Virus record (IMG/VR): IMGVR_UViG_3300044652_000025 | Location: 64,001 to 128,000 of that record | Strand: one strand, 5' to 3' | DNA length: 64,000 nt | Origin: a virus | Taxonomy: Duplodnaviria > Caudoviricetes | The notes under the pieces: generated by a model | Databases searched by the model: none | Seen by the model: only the letters and a program-made list of their open reading frames with translations | What the model was told of the DNA's origin: nothing | In this document: positions 55,738 to 64,000 of the stretch, in pieces | Numbering within the stretch: the first letter of the stretch is position 1 | Layout of the letters: every line of letters begins with the position of its first letter | Made by a program: the position numbers and the translations under genes

Positions 55738-58409
55738 CAGCCGCCGACTCCGGGACTGCGGTTACCGGTGGCCAGATTGGCGATCGGAGGGTTGCTGCTG
55801 TTGGGGCCGAAGTTCGTCGATACCCCGGGTCCATAGATCCGGAGGAGGTTCGCCAGCGGCGGTGCCGCGTCGACCATGATCGTCGTCTTCGGCTTCGGCT
55901 TGGCCTGATCCTCGTTCTTCTTGATCAGTGCATTGACAGCATCCTGATCCTTGAGGCCACGCCCAATCCCAGCAAGCGACTTGTCGGACGCGCTCTTCGA
56001 CGGAATGTTCTCGCCCTTCATGCCGGTGATCTCCGCAACCGACTGGCCGATCTCGGACTTCGTCTGCTCGTTATGGCCCTTGACCAGCTGCGCGGTTCCA
56101 TTGGCCAATTGATCCGGGAAATGCTGGAGCGCTTCGGTGAAGTTGACCTGTCGAGGCCCGCTGGAGGTCTGGACGACGAACAAGTCCTTGCCGGTGATGC
56201 CTTGATCCCTGACCAGGGCGTCGATGACCGCGGACGAACCGCCGCGTCCCTGTGCATAGCTGAAATACGCCTGCTGCCAGGTGTCAGGCTGCGGCAGGGC
56301 CACATTGGGTTGCAGATCGGACGGGCTCTTACCGAGGACACTACGCGTCCACGCTCGTACATTGGCGGTCGACGAGAAGTTCACCGGCGCTGGGTTCTTG
56401 GCCGCGAATCCTCCCCCGGCAGCCATGGCCACCGTCGCTCCGATATTGCCCGGGGTCACGTTCTCCAAGCCGGTCTGGGCCATGAAGGCCTGGGCGGTGT
56501 CGGGATTGATGACGTTCTGGGCCAACAGGTCGGCGCCGATGCGCTGGATCACGCTGCTGCTGACCCGCTGGCTGGCGATGTCCTGGGGAGAGACGCCGTA
56601 CCGTGCGGCGATCTGGACGAAGCGGTTGTAGCCCGACGAGCCCGGAGCCAGTCCCATGAGCCCGAGGCTTCGCTGGATCAGGCCGTTGACGCCGCTGTTC
56701 AGCAGATTGCCGCCGCCGGGCTCTTGAATCTGGCCCAGTAGCTGCCCGTAGCTCTGCCCGGTCATCGGGGCAATCATCCGCAGCTGGGTGTCAGAGAGGT
56801 TGAAACCCAGACCGGACGCCGCCTGGCCGAACCCGGCGAAGTTCTGGGCCATCGACCCGGCGAGGCGGTTGGCGGCGGCGGTTCCGACCAGCGGGGTCAG
56901 ACCCTGTACCTGGGTGATGAACTGCTGGCGGGCCTGGTCGGTGTTGATCCCCGCCGCCCGAGCGGAAGCCGTCACGTTATCGAGGGAGTTCTGAAGGTCT
57001 CTGAAGCTCAGGTTGCTGTCCTTCAACTTCAGGTTGATCAGCGTCAGGGAGTCGCTGATGTCCATGCCGTACTTCTTGAACTGGGACACGGCGAAGTCCA
57101 GGGCTTCCTGACGTTCTCCGCCGCGTGTCGTCATCGACGAGACGCCCTCGAAGAGCCGGGCGGCGTCTTCACCGCTCAGGACCCCCATCTGGCCGAATTG
57201 GAAGGCCCGCTCCCTGGCCCGCTGCCCGAAGGCCTCGATCTGACTGCCGCCGTAGATGCGCTGCCAGGGGGCGTTGGCGGCCCGCTGCGAGGTCTCGAAG
57301 TTGAGGCCCGCCCGGACGAGGCCGTACCCGGCCAGGACCGGACCGGCGAATTCCCCGATAGCCGTGGCCGCTTCAGGGGCGACCGCGCTGAGGATGTCCC
57401 CGAAGCCACCGCCACCGGCGACCGCCTGACCGAGGTTGCCGACCATGCCCCGGCGCTTCTTCGACTGCTGGTAGGCATCGACTTCTTCCTTCGGTACCGG
57501 CACCCGCGGCTCGTTGGGATCGGCGATCCCCATGGCCTCGGCCTGGGTCCGTGACATCGGCCCCATGGCGGTGTCGATCATGTCCGGCCGCCGGTAGACC
57601 CATCGCGGCATCGGCCCCAGGGCGGTGTCCTCGGTGATCTGCTCGATGTCCGAACCCTGCCGGGGCGTATTGGCCCACTGAGTGAGCCGCTGACCGAACC
57701 GCTGGCGAAGAGTGCCGACCGTGGGGACCGGCTGACCCGGCTGCCACATCGGCGGCAGATCGCCCGCCGCTTCGTCAGGAGCAATGTCCTCGGTCCGCCG
57801 GACGCGTCCGCTGCTGGCCGGTGAGACCGTGAAGCCACCCTGGGGAACCGGATGCCGAACGCGGCTACTCGGCGCAGGCGTGGGCGCCTGGGTGATCGGC
57901 TGACCCGTCGGGTCGACGATCTCGACCTTCTGGACGTTGCCGCTGCTGAAGGCCGATCCGGTAGTGCGGATGGTACCGAAGCCCAGCGGCGTCGCCGGAG
58001 TCGGCGCCGGGGCATTGACGGGGGCTACCGGCCCGGTCGGTGTCCCGGCCACTGGGACGCTCACCGTGCCCGGACCCGTCGCGACCGGGGCTCCGGCTCC
58101 GGTCACTGCGGCGATCGTCGATTGCTGGGCGTCCTTGAGGGCCTGGTTGATCTGGTCGAGCCCGCCCTTGAGGATCGCCTGGAAGCCGTTCGGACCGGGA
58201 TCGCCGAACATGGCCAGAGCGTCGGCCGCCCGCGACAGGTCCGTCTGCATCGCCACCAGGGTCTGCACCGCGCCCTGGGTCGTCTGGAGCGAGACGTCGT
58301 AGCCCGGCGCCAGGGCGGGCTGGGACCGCGCCTGACGGAGTAGGGGATCGGCCGAGAACCCCGGCTGGGGTGTACTCGGCAGCGGCGGAAGGGGGACCTT
58401 GTCGGGCAT
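55737..58409 (-). CDS. tape measure protein
   Basis: Ala/Gly/Gln-rich helical protein following the tail chaperones. Confidence 0.75.
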   Translation of the reverse strand: MPDKVPLPPLPSTPQPGFSADPLLRQARSQPALAPGYDVSLQTTQGAVQTLVAMQTDLSRAADALAMFGDPGPNGFQAILKGGLDQINQALKDAQQSTIAAVTGAGAPVATGPGTVSVPVAGTPTGPVAPVNAPAPTPATPLGFGTIRTTGSAFSSGNVQKVEIVDPTGQPITQAPTPAPSSRVRHPVPQGGFTVSPASSGRVRRTEDIAPDEAAGDLPPMWQPGQPVPTVGTLRQRFGQRLTQWANTPRQGSDIEQITEDTALGPMPRWVYRRPDMIDTAMGPMSRTQAEAMGIADPNEPRVPVPKEEVDAYQQSKKRRGMVGNLGQAVAGGGGFGDILSAVAPEAATAIGEFAGPVLAGYGLVRAGLNFETSQRAANAPWQRIYGGSQIEAFGQRARERAFQFGQMGVLSGEDAARLFEGVSSMTTRGGERQEALDFAVSQFKKYGMDISDSLTLINLKLKDSNLSFRDLQNSLDNVTASARAAGINTDQARQQFITQVQGLTPLVGTAAANRLAGSMAQNFAGFGQAASGLGFNLSDTQLRMIAPMTGQSYGQLLGQIQEPGGGNLLNSGVNGLIQRSLGLMGLAPGSSGYNRFVQIAARYGVSPQDIASQRVSSSVIQRIGADLLAQNVINPDTAQAFMAQTGLENVTPGNIGATVAMAAGGGFAAKNPAPVNFSSTANVRAWTRSVLGKSPSDLQPNVALPQPDTWQQAYFSYAQGRGGSSAVIDALVRDQGITGKDLFVVQTSSGPRQVNFTEALQHFPDQLANGTAQLVKGHNEQTKSEIGQSVAEITGMKGENIPSKSASDKSLAGIGRGLKDQDAVNALIKKNEDQAKPKPKTTIMVDAAPPLANLLRIYGPGVSTNFGPNSSNPPIANLATGNRSPGVGG

Positions 58410-59362
58410 CTACTCGCGGATGGTCCCGGTAGGGTTGGCGAGCATCTCCGCCAGCACCCGATCGCGTTCCTCGGCGTCGATCGGCTCGAAGTCGTAGACG
58501 ACCCCGGCGGTCGGATCCTCGATGCGCTTCATCTCCGCTTCGGTCATTTCGTCGTCTTCCTTCGCCCAGTCGTAGAGCTTGGTCATGAGATCGGGGTCAT
58601 GGGTCACGAGCGCCAGCCGGAACCGTTCCAGGGCCTCCTCGGTCCGCTCTCTGGTCTCGGCGACCATGAGCACCTTGAGGGCGTACTCCTGGATGTGCGA
58701 GAGGTGTCGGCCACTGAAGAGGCCCCGCCGGTCGGCCAGCCGGATGTGGGCTTCTAGCCAGGGGTCGATGCCATAGGGCTCGACCCGGTGGCTTTTCCCA
58801 TCGCCGCCAGCACCTCCAGCACCCGACGCTCCAGGAGCATGTACTGCTCGTAGATGACGTCGAGAGTGGTGGGATACCAGCGTCGGACGAGATCGAAGCG
58901 GTTCCGGACCGGTGAGTCTCCTGGGTCGGAGCTAATCGGTTGGGGCAGCTTCTTGCCGTCGACCGAGATCGTGCAGGCCGCCACGATGGTCGTGGTGTAG
59001 GCCCGCATCTCCCCGAGTGAGCCCTGCCAGTCCTTGACGAGCAGGCCGACTTCCAGGAGTTCGTCGGTGGAGAGGGTCTTGATGACGAACTTGTGACCCA
59101 TCCACTCGAACTCGTGGGTGAGGGCTCCCAGATACAGCAGGCCCTCGAAATCGTCGCGCACCCGGGGATCGAACTCGGGTAGCTGTTCCTCGCTCGCAGC
59201 CTCGGTGGGAGGCGCCTCGGCGGTCACCCGATGTGGCTCCGTGTCGTCCTCCGGAGCGGGGCTCGACGGAGGTGGGCCTGAGACGTGGGCGCCGACGTTC
59301 GCGAGGTCAGACGGCTGTGGTACCTCCTCGCGTTCGTACCATTCCTCTTCGATCAACGGCAA
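58410..59362 (-). CDS. tail assembly chaperone, G (58754..59362) and G-T fusion via -1 frameshift
   Basis: Slippery G GGA AAA at 58793..58799; the -1 frame is open to 58410. Confidence 0.85.
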
Positions 59363-59382
59363 GGTGCCTTCCCTTCATTGAT

Positions 59383-59883
59383 TTATGTGTCCCAGGTCTT
59401 GTGGGTGTAGACGGCCGAGATGTTCCGGCCGACGCTCATGGCGTCGATGGTGATGACCTCGGTGTCGTCGATGTCGTAGATCAGGACGTTGTGGTAGGTC
59501 CGCGACCGCCACTGGTTCTGCTGACCCGGCACCTTGATGATCATCTGGCAGGTGATCGGGCTGGTCTCGGCGGCGATGGATTCCAGCACGCCGTTGTCAC
59601 GGATCGGGTCGATAATGCCGACGGCGTTTTCCAGGCCGACCAGCTGCTGCCAGACCGGGCCGTTCCATAGCTCGGTGATGGTGAAGGTGATCGTCCCCAT
59701 GCCGAGATAGCGCGGCGTGACGATGGCCTGGGGGTACTTGGCGTCGAGCGGGGTGATGGCCTCAGGTGCCGCGCCGGGTCGCTGGCCCTGGTCGGTGAAG
59801 TTGGTGAGCCAGGCGATGGGCTGGCCGCGGTAGTTGAACGAGGTGAACCCGCTCCCTCGGACCCGGACCTGTGTGACTGGCAT
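59383..59883 (-). CDS. tail tube protein
   Basis: Follows the sheath; GTITFTITELW. Confidence 0.8.
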   Translation of the reverse strand: MPVTQVRVRGSGFTSFNYRGQPIAWLTNFTDQGQRPGAAPEAITPLDAKYPQAIVTPRYLGMGTITFTITELWNGPVWQQLVGLENAVGIIDPIRDNGVLESIAAETSPITCQMIIKVPGQQNQWRSRTYHNVLIYDIDDTEVITIDAMSVGRNISAVYTHKTWDT

Positions 59884-59893
59884 CTACACGCTC

Positions 59894-61321
59894 CTATGCG
59901 GCGGGGTTCAACGTGGTGGCGCCGGTCACCGTGTTGATGGAGAAGGAGATGAGGATGTAGTTCAACGGATAGGCGGGCTGGTACTGGAACTTCGCTTCGA
60001 TGACCGACGGGTCGACGGACTGCTGACGGACCGAGAGCCCGTTGTAGGCCACGATCATGTCGGCGTTCACCGCCGCTTCCAGGCAGCCGGAGATGACCCC
60101 CTGGATCCTGATCGGGGTCTCGGCGTCGATAGCGGCACCGATGAGTCCTCCGGCGTCGATCGTGCCGTAGATCAGATCGATCAGGGCGTCTTTGGCCCGC
60201 ACCAGCGATAGCTCCCGGGTGAGCACCGACGTCGGATCGGTGGTCACGCCGTGGCGGACGACCATCTGGCCGTTGCGGTTGATCTCGGCCACTGCCACAC
60301 CGGAGGAACTCCAAGTGTTCTTGTTGGCCGTCGTCATGGTCGCCGCCATGCTGGCCGGGAACCCGGCGAAACTCCGGACGAGCTTCTTGGTCAGCGGCAG
60401 CTGCACGGACTGGTTGGCCAGGATCCCGGCGTAGGCCGCGGCCAGGTACTCGCCTCCGACCTCGATCATCGAGTTGGTGTAGCCGTTGTAGTACGAGAGC
60501 CGGTTGGGATAGGCCATCATGACCCGCGACGACGGAAAAGCCGCCGCCAGGGTGTCCGGCGCCGTGGTCGCTCCGGGCTCGAAGCCGACGAGGCCGACGC
60601 GGTAGAGGTTGTCGCCGACGAGCCGTTCGACGTGGTTCTTGAGATCCCCACCGACTCCCTGGATGTCGGACTGGACGGTCAGGCCGACCGGGAGGACGAC
60701 CACGACGTTGACGTCCGAGTAGGCCTCCAACTGTGTGAGGGCGGCGGCGAGATGCGCTTGGGTGGTGGAGGATCCGTCCGAGTCGGGGGTGGCGACGATG
60801 ACCAGCTGCCGGGCACCGTTCTCGAAGGCCACCTTGGCCGCCAGCGACAGCGGCGAGGTCACCGCCCCAGTGAGGAGATCGATCGGCTCGCCGTAGGCGT
60901 CCTTGACGTCCTCGTAGTTCTGGAACCGCTGGGGCTGGGCGTAGTCGGCGTCGGTGTAGTGGTAGGTCACGTAGACCGTCGCGCCATCGGTGATCCCACC
61001 GCCGTTGACCCGGGCAATCGTGGTGGTGTTGTTCGGTGCCGTGCCCGTCTGGTTGCGGGTGAAGTCAGTGGTGAGGGCGTAGACCGTGCCGTCAGCCCCG
61101 GAGACCTGGAAGCCGGACGCGGTGATGATGCCGTCCTTGGCCAGGGCCACCCCGGTGGTGCCGGTCAGGGTGACGGCCTCGGTGTTGACGCGGTAGCCGA
61201 TACCGGGTCCGGCGATAGCGACGACCGTTGGGGCGATCGTCTGAACAGTGACGAGAGACGTCGCCTGTTCCTCGACGTAGACGCCCGGAGGAAGATACTG
61301 ACCGCTTGTGAACGAGGGCAT
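59894..61321 (-). CDS. tail sheath protein
   Basis: YLPPGVYVEE, VRHGVTT, ELSLVRAKD, PAYPLNYI. Confidence 0.92.
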   Translation of the reverse strand: MPSFTSGQYLPPGVYVEEQATSLVTVQTIAPTVVAIAGPGIGYRVNTEAVTLTGTTGVALAKDGIITASGFQVSGADGTVYALTTDFTRNQTGTAPNNTTTIARVNGGGITDGATVYVTYHYTDADYAQPQRFQNYEDVKDAYGEPIDLLTGAVTSPLSLAAKVAFENGARQLVIVATPDSDGSSTTQAHLAAALTQLEAYSDVNVVVVLPVGLTVQSDIQGVGGDLKNHVERLVGDNLYRVGLVGFEPGATTAPDTLAAAFPSSRVMMAYPNRLSYYNGYTNSMIEVGGEYLAAAYAGILANQSVQLPLTKKLVRSFAGFPASMAATMTTANKNTWSSSGVAVAEINRNGQMVVRHGVTTDPTSVLTRELSLVRAKDALIDLIYGTIDAGGLIGAAIDAETPIRIQGVISGCLEAAVNADMIVAYNGLSVRQQSVDPSVIEAKFQYQPAYPLNYILISFSINTVTGATTLNPAA

Positions 61322-61384
61322 GTCACTCCCCGGGATGCCTGGGCCTTCGTCCCTTCATGGGCTGCCGCTGGAGGTCGGACAGGC

Positions 61385-62043
61385 TTAGGGCAGCCACCCC
61401 GGTCCGGGCAGCGGATCGGGCTCCAGATTGGAGTACGGGTAGACGATGACCTTCGACAGCGGAACGAGCGTGCCGGTCAGGAGATCCGACACGAACTCCC
61501 CGATGGCGTTCATCTGAATGGTCGCCTCGTACATGACCTCGTCGGTCTGCCACGGCGTGCCCGGTGTCGCCGCGAAGCCCGCCACCCCGACCTGGTCGAA
61601 GTTGAAGTTGATGGCGATGAACTCGTTGTCCTCGATGTAGGCCCGGAACTGGGAGGTCGGGATGCTCTCCTGGCCGAAGGCCATGATCCGCACCAACTCA
61701 TCGAACAATCTGTCCCGCTCCAGGGACGTCAAGGCGATGGCCGTGTAGCTGGCGGTCCCCTGGAAGCGCCAGCGGGTGTACTGGCGCATGCCGTCGTCGC
61801 CCTCGGCGATCTCGATGTGGGAGATTCCGGCCCGCTCCAGCTGGGCCGTGGGGGTGAAGTCCACCCAGACGGCCGGGTAGTCCTCCCGCTCTACCGGGAA
61901 GTCGATGCCGACCTTGGTGTTGCGAAAGTCAGCCTCGATGTACTCGTTGTCGAGGGTCTGGCGCATGGCGTCGGTCAGGACCGTCTTGACATAGGTCAGG
62001 AAAATGGTGACGGCACCCCCTTGCGCTCATCAGTCAGGAACAT
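61385..62043 (-). CDS. tail terminator/completion protein with an anomalous start (ATG at 62043 out of frame, or ATT at 62005)
   Basis: FPVEREDYPAVWV, ALTSLERDRLFD; the N-terminal FLTYVKT segment lacks an in-frame ATG. Confidence 0.7.
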
Positions 62044-62735
62044 CAGGCCGCCCTCCTGCGCCGGTAGGTGTCGTCCACGGCGAAGACCGTCTGCGGCGGG
62101 ATCCGGTGCCGGGCGATCGCGTCGATCAGGGACTGCTGGAGGAAGCCCCGACCGATGAGCCCGGGATGACGCCAGCGGACACCGACATTGCCCCGGGCCA
62201 CGGCTCCACCGACACGTCCGGGGGTGGTCTCGGGGGCTGCGGCCTCGCGGCGGGCGATCCGGCCCGGGGCGCCGGGGTAGGCCCTCGGTACCCAGATGAG
62301 CGTCCCGAACCGGCCGCGGATCTGCTTGCGGGATCCGATCGGGGCGGCCTTACGGAAGATGAGCACCTGCGTCTTGCCCGAAGCTGTGACTCGCGTCCTG
62401 GCCCGAGGGTTACGTTGCCGCTCAATACCGGTCGGATCGTCGATCCACATGGGGATCGTCTTGCCCGCCAGGGAGCGCATGGTGAAGGCTCTGATGCCCT
62501 GCTCCTGGTACCAGACGTAGTCGTCCCGCCAGCCGATCCCGAAGTAGCCCGTCCCGGCCAGGACGTAGAGTCGGGCGGTCGAGGCGCCGGAGAGCTTCGG
62601 GGACCGGAGCCGGGCCAGGTCGAGGGCGTCCTGACCGATGACCCTCGCCGTCGGCGCCGCCAGGCCAGGGATCTCCATGACCACCCCGGTGGGGATGCCG
62701 GTGGGCTGCGGCGGCGGAGACTGGACGAAGGTCAT
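62043..62735 (-). CDS. neck/morphogenesis protein
   Basis: P..SG, YQEQG, WRHPG...FL (HK97 gp10-like pattern). Confidence 0.6.
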   Translation of the reverse strand: MTFVQSPPPQPTGIPTGVVMEIPGLAAPTARVIGQDALDLARLRSPKLSGASTARLYVLAGTGYFGIGWRDDYVWYQEQGIRAFTMRSLAGKTIPMWIDDPTGIERQRNPRARTRVTASGKTQVLIFRKAAPIGSRKQIRGRFGTLIWVPRAYPGAPGRIARREAAAPETTPGRVGGAVARGNVGVRWRHPGLIGRGFLQQSLIDAIARHRIPPQTVFAVDDTYRRRRAA

Positions 62736-63394
62736 ACCGGCATGAGCGGTCCGTGGATCTCTTCGATGGCGGAGAAGTCGACCGGATACCGCGTGCCCTT
62801 GACGTCGAGGACATTGATCAATGTGTCGGTATCGGGCGGGATGATATAGGCCACCGAGGACTCGTCCTCGCGGTTGACGTTGGCGTACTCGTAGCCGGTG
62901 GCCGTGCGGGTGTCGTCAGACTCCCAGAAGCCGGTGAGCACGTTGGCGGTCGTCATGGTCCGGACCCGCCAGCGTGTCCCGTCGGCCCGGAAGACGTAGT
63001 CGCCGGTACGGAGGAGGAAGTTGCTCGGCGTCTGGATGGTGGCGTTCTGGATCGTGTCCTCACCCCGGCTGCCCATCCGCTTCTCCTCCTCGCTGGGCAC
63101 CCAGAGAGACTGGCGGACGATCTTGGCCTTGTAGCCGCCCTCGAAGGTCGTGCCGTAGCAGTCGGGGCAGCGCTCCTGAGCCGCCTGGCCGTAGACATCG
63201 GCGATCTTGCCGTAGGCCGTGTAGCAGGTCCGGCAGCGCTGGACGCGGCCCGCGTCGAGATCGTCGAGATCCCAGAGGAGCACGAACATTGCGTACTCGC
63301 CGAAGGTGTTGATGGCCTGGTCGTGCCGGTAGCGCTCCTGCTCGACGGCGTAGTACTGCGGGTCGGGGAGCCACTGCGGATACGGGTTGCTCAT
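62732..63394 (-). CDS. head-tail connector/closure protein
   Basis: RCRTC...CPDCYGTTFEGGY; position upstream of the sheath. Confidence 0.65.
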   Translation of the reverse strand: MSNPYPQWLPDPQYYAVEQERYRHDQAINTFGEYAMFVLLWDLDDLDAGRVQRCRTCYTAYGKIADVYGQAAQERCPDCYGTTFEGGYKAKIVRQSLWVPSEEEKRMGSRGEDTIQNATIQTPSNFLLRTGDYVFRADGTRWRVRTMTTANVLTGFWESDDTRTATGYEYANVNREDESSVAYIIPPDTDTLINVLDVKGTRYPVDFSAIEEIHGPLMPV

Positions 63395-63398
63395 CAGG

Positions 63399-63998
63399 TC
63401 AGAACAGCTTCGACAGCGACAGGATGACCTCGAAGGCCACCGAGCCCGCGCCGCCGCTGTCGTTCTCGAACAGGTCGACTTTGACGCCGTCACCTGCCGC
63501 CAGGTAGCCCACGACGAACACCGTGTTGAAGCACGAGCCGCTGGTGGTGTCGGCGGCGCTGCATTCGTCGCTGGCCTGGCTGATGAACGGTGCCGAGCCG
63601 TTGTCGGTGCCCGCCACCACGCCGACGATCATCGACCGGCGGTAGCCGTCCTGGTTGGCCCGGTGGTTCCAGATCGTCTTCAGGAAGCAGGCGTAGATGC
63701 CGTCCGACGTGACGTTGAGCGTCTGGTTGTCGGCGTTCATCGTCACGTTCGGGTCGGTGATCAGGTTGGCGTCCCAGGTGACGTGGAGCGTGCCGGTGAC
63801 CGTCTTGTTCACCGCCTCGGCCAGGGCTCCGTTCTTGTTCGGCGTGGCCCCGCCTCCTCCGGCCGGAGCCGGAGTGACGTCGATGACCTCATCTCCAAGA
63901 GCGGTGGGGGAGATCTCGGCGAACTGGTCGTCGGTGAGGGTGACCTCGTCCCCGGCGTTGTAGTGGCCGCCGTCCGGTAGCTCGACGTTGTGCTTGCC
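63399..63998 (-). CDS. partial virion protein with C-terminal C1q-like domain
   Basis: Open to the window end; W...D...LNVTSDGIY...YLAAGDGV. Confidence 0.55.
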   Translation of the reverse strand, partial: GKHNVELPDGGHYNAGDEVTLTDDQFAEISPTALGDEVIDVTPAPAGGGGATPNKNGALAEAVNKTVTGTLHVTWDANLITDPNVTMNADNQTLNVTSDGIYACFLKTIWNHRANQDGYRRSMIVGVVAGTDNGSAPFISQASDECSAADTTSGSCFNTVFVVGYLAAGDGVKVDLFENDSGGAGSVAFEVILSLSKLF

Positions 63999-64000
63999 GT

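Noticed and set aside
62010-62035. CTGATGAG hammerhead ribozyme core inside the 38-nt insert
   Set aside because: No stem II-GAAA or flanking helices found

Overview
64 kb segment of a high-GC, contractile-tailed (myovirus) actinobacteriophage, resembling the Bxz1/Rhodococcus E3-like lineage in gene order. Almost all genes are on the minus strand. Right to left: neck, tail and baseplate operon (64.0-38.0 kb); SNF2 helicase; a small divergent-gene island and an AT-rich structured non-coding region with a LexA box (candidate origin, 33.9-34.3 kb); small early genes behind sigma-A-like promoters; DinG; a full replication and recombination module (loader, intein-containing DnaB, class II RNR, primase, SSB, DnaE, RecA, Cas4-like and RuvC-like nucleases); an amidase endolysin whose C-terminal repeats suggest an Acidimicrobiia host; and a cluster of small secreted or low-complexity proteins plus a ParB-like gene. 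No tRNA, CRISPR array, integrase or reverse transcriptase was seen. Highlights: (1) AT-rich synonymous patches on conserved motifs of essential genes; (2) a 38-nt frame-breaking insert at the start of the tail-terminator gene, which needs recoding or AUU initiation; (3) a duplicated two-gene module pairing a beta-domain subunit with a 4x17-aa repeat protein; (4) a class 3 intein in DnaB; (5) a -1 frameshift in the tail chaperone. All product calls come from motif recognition by eye, not from database searches.
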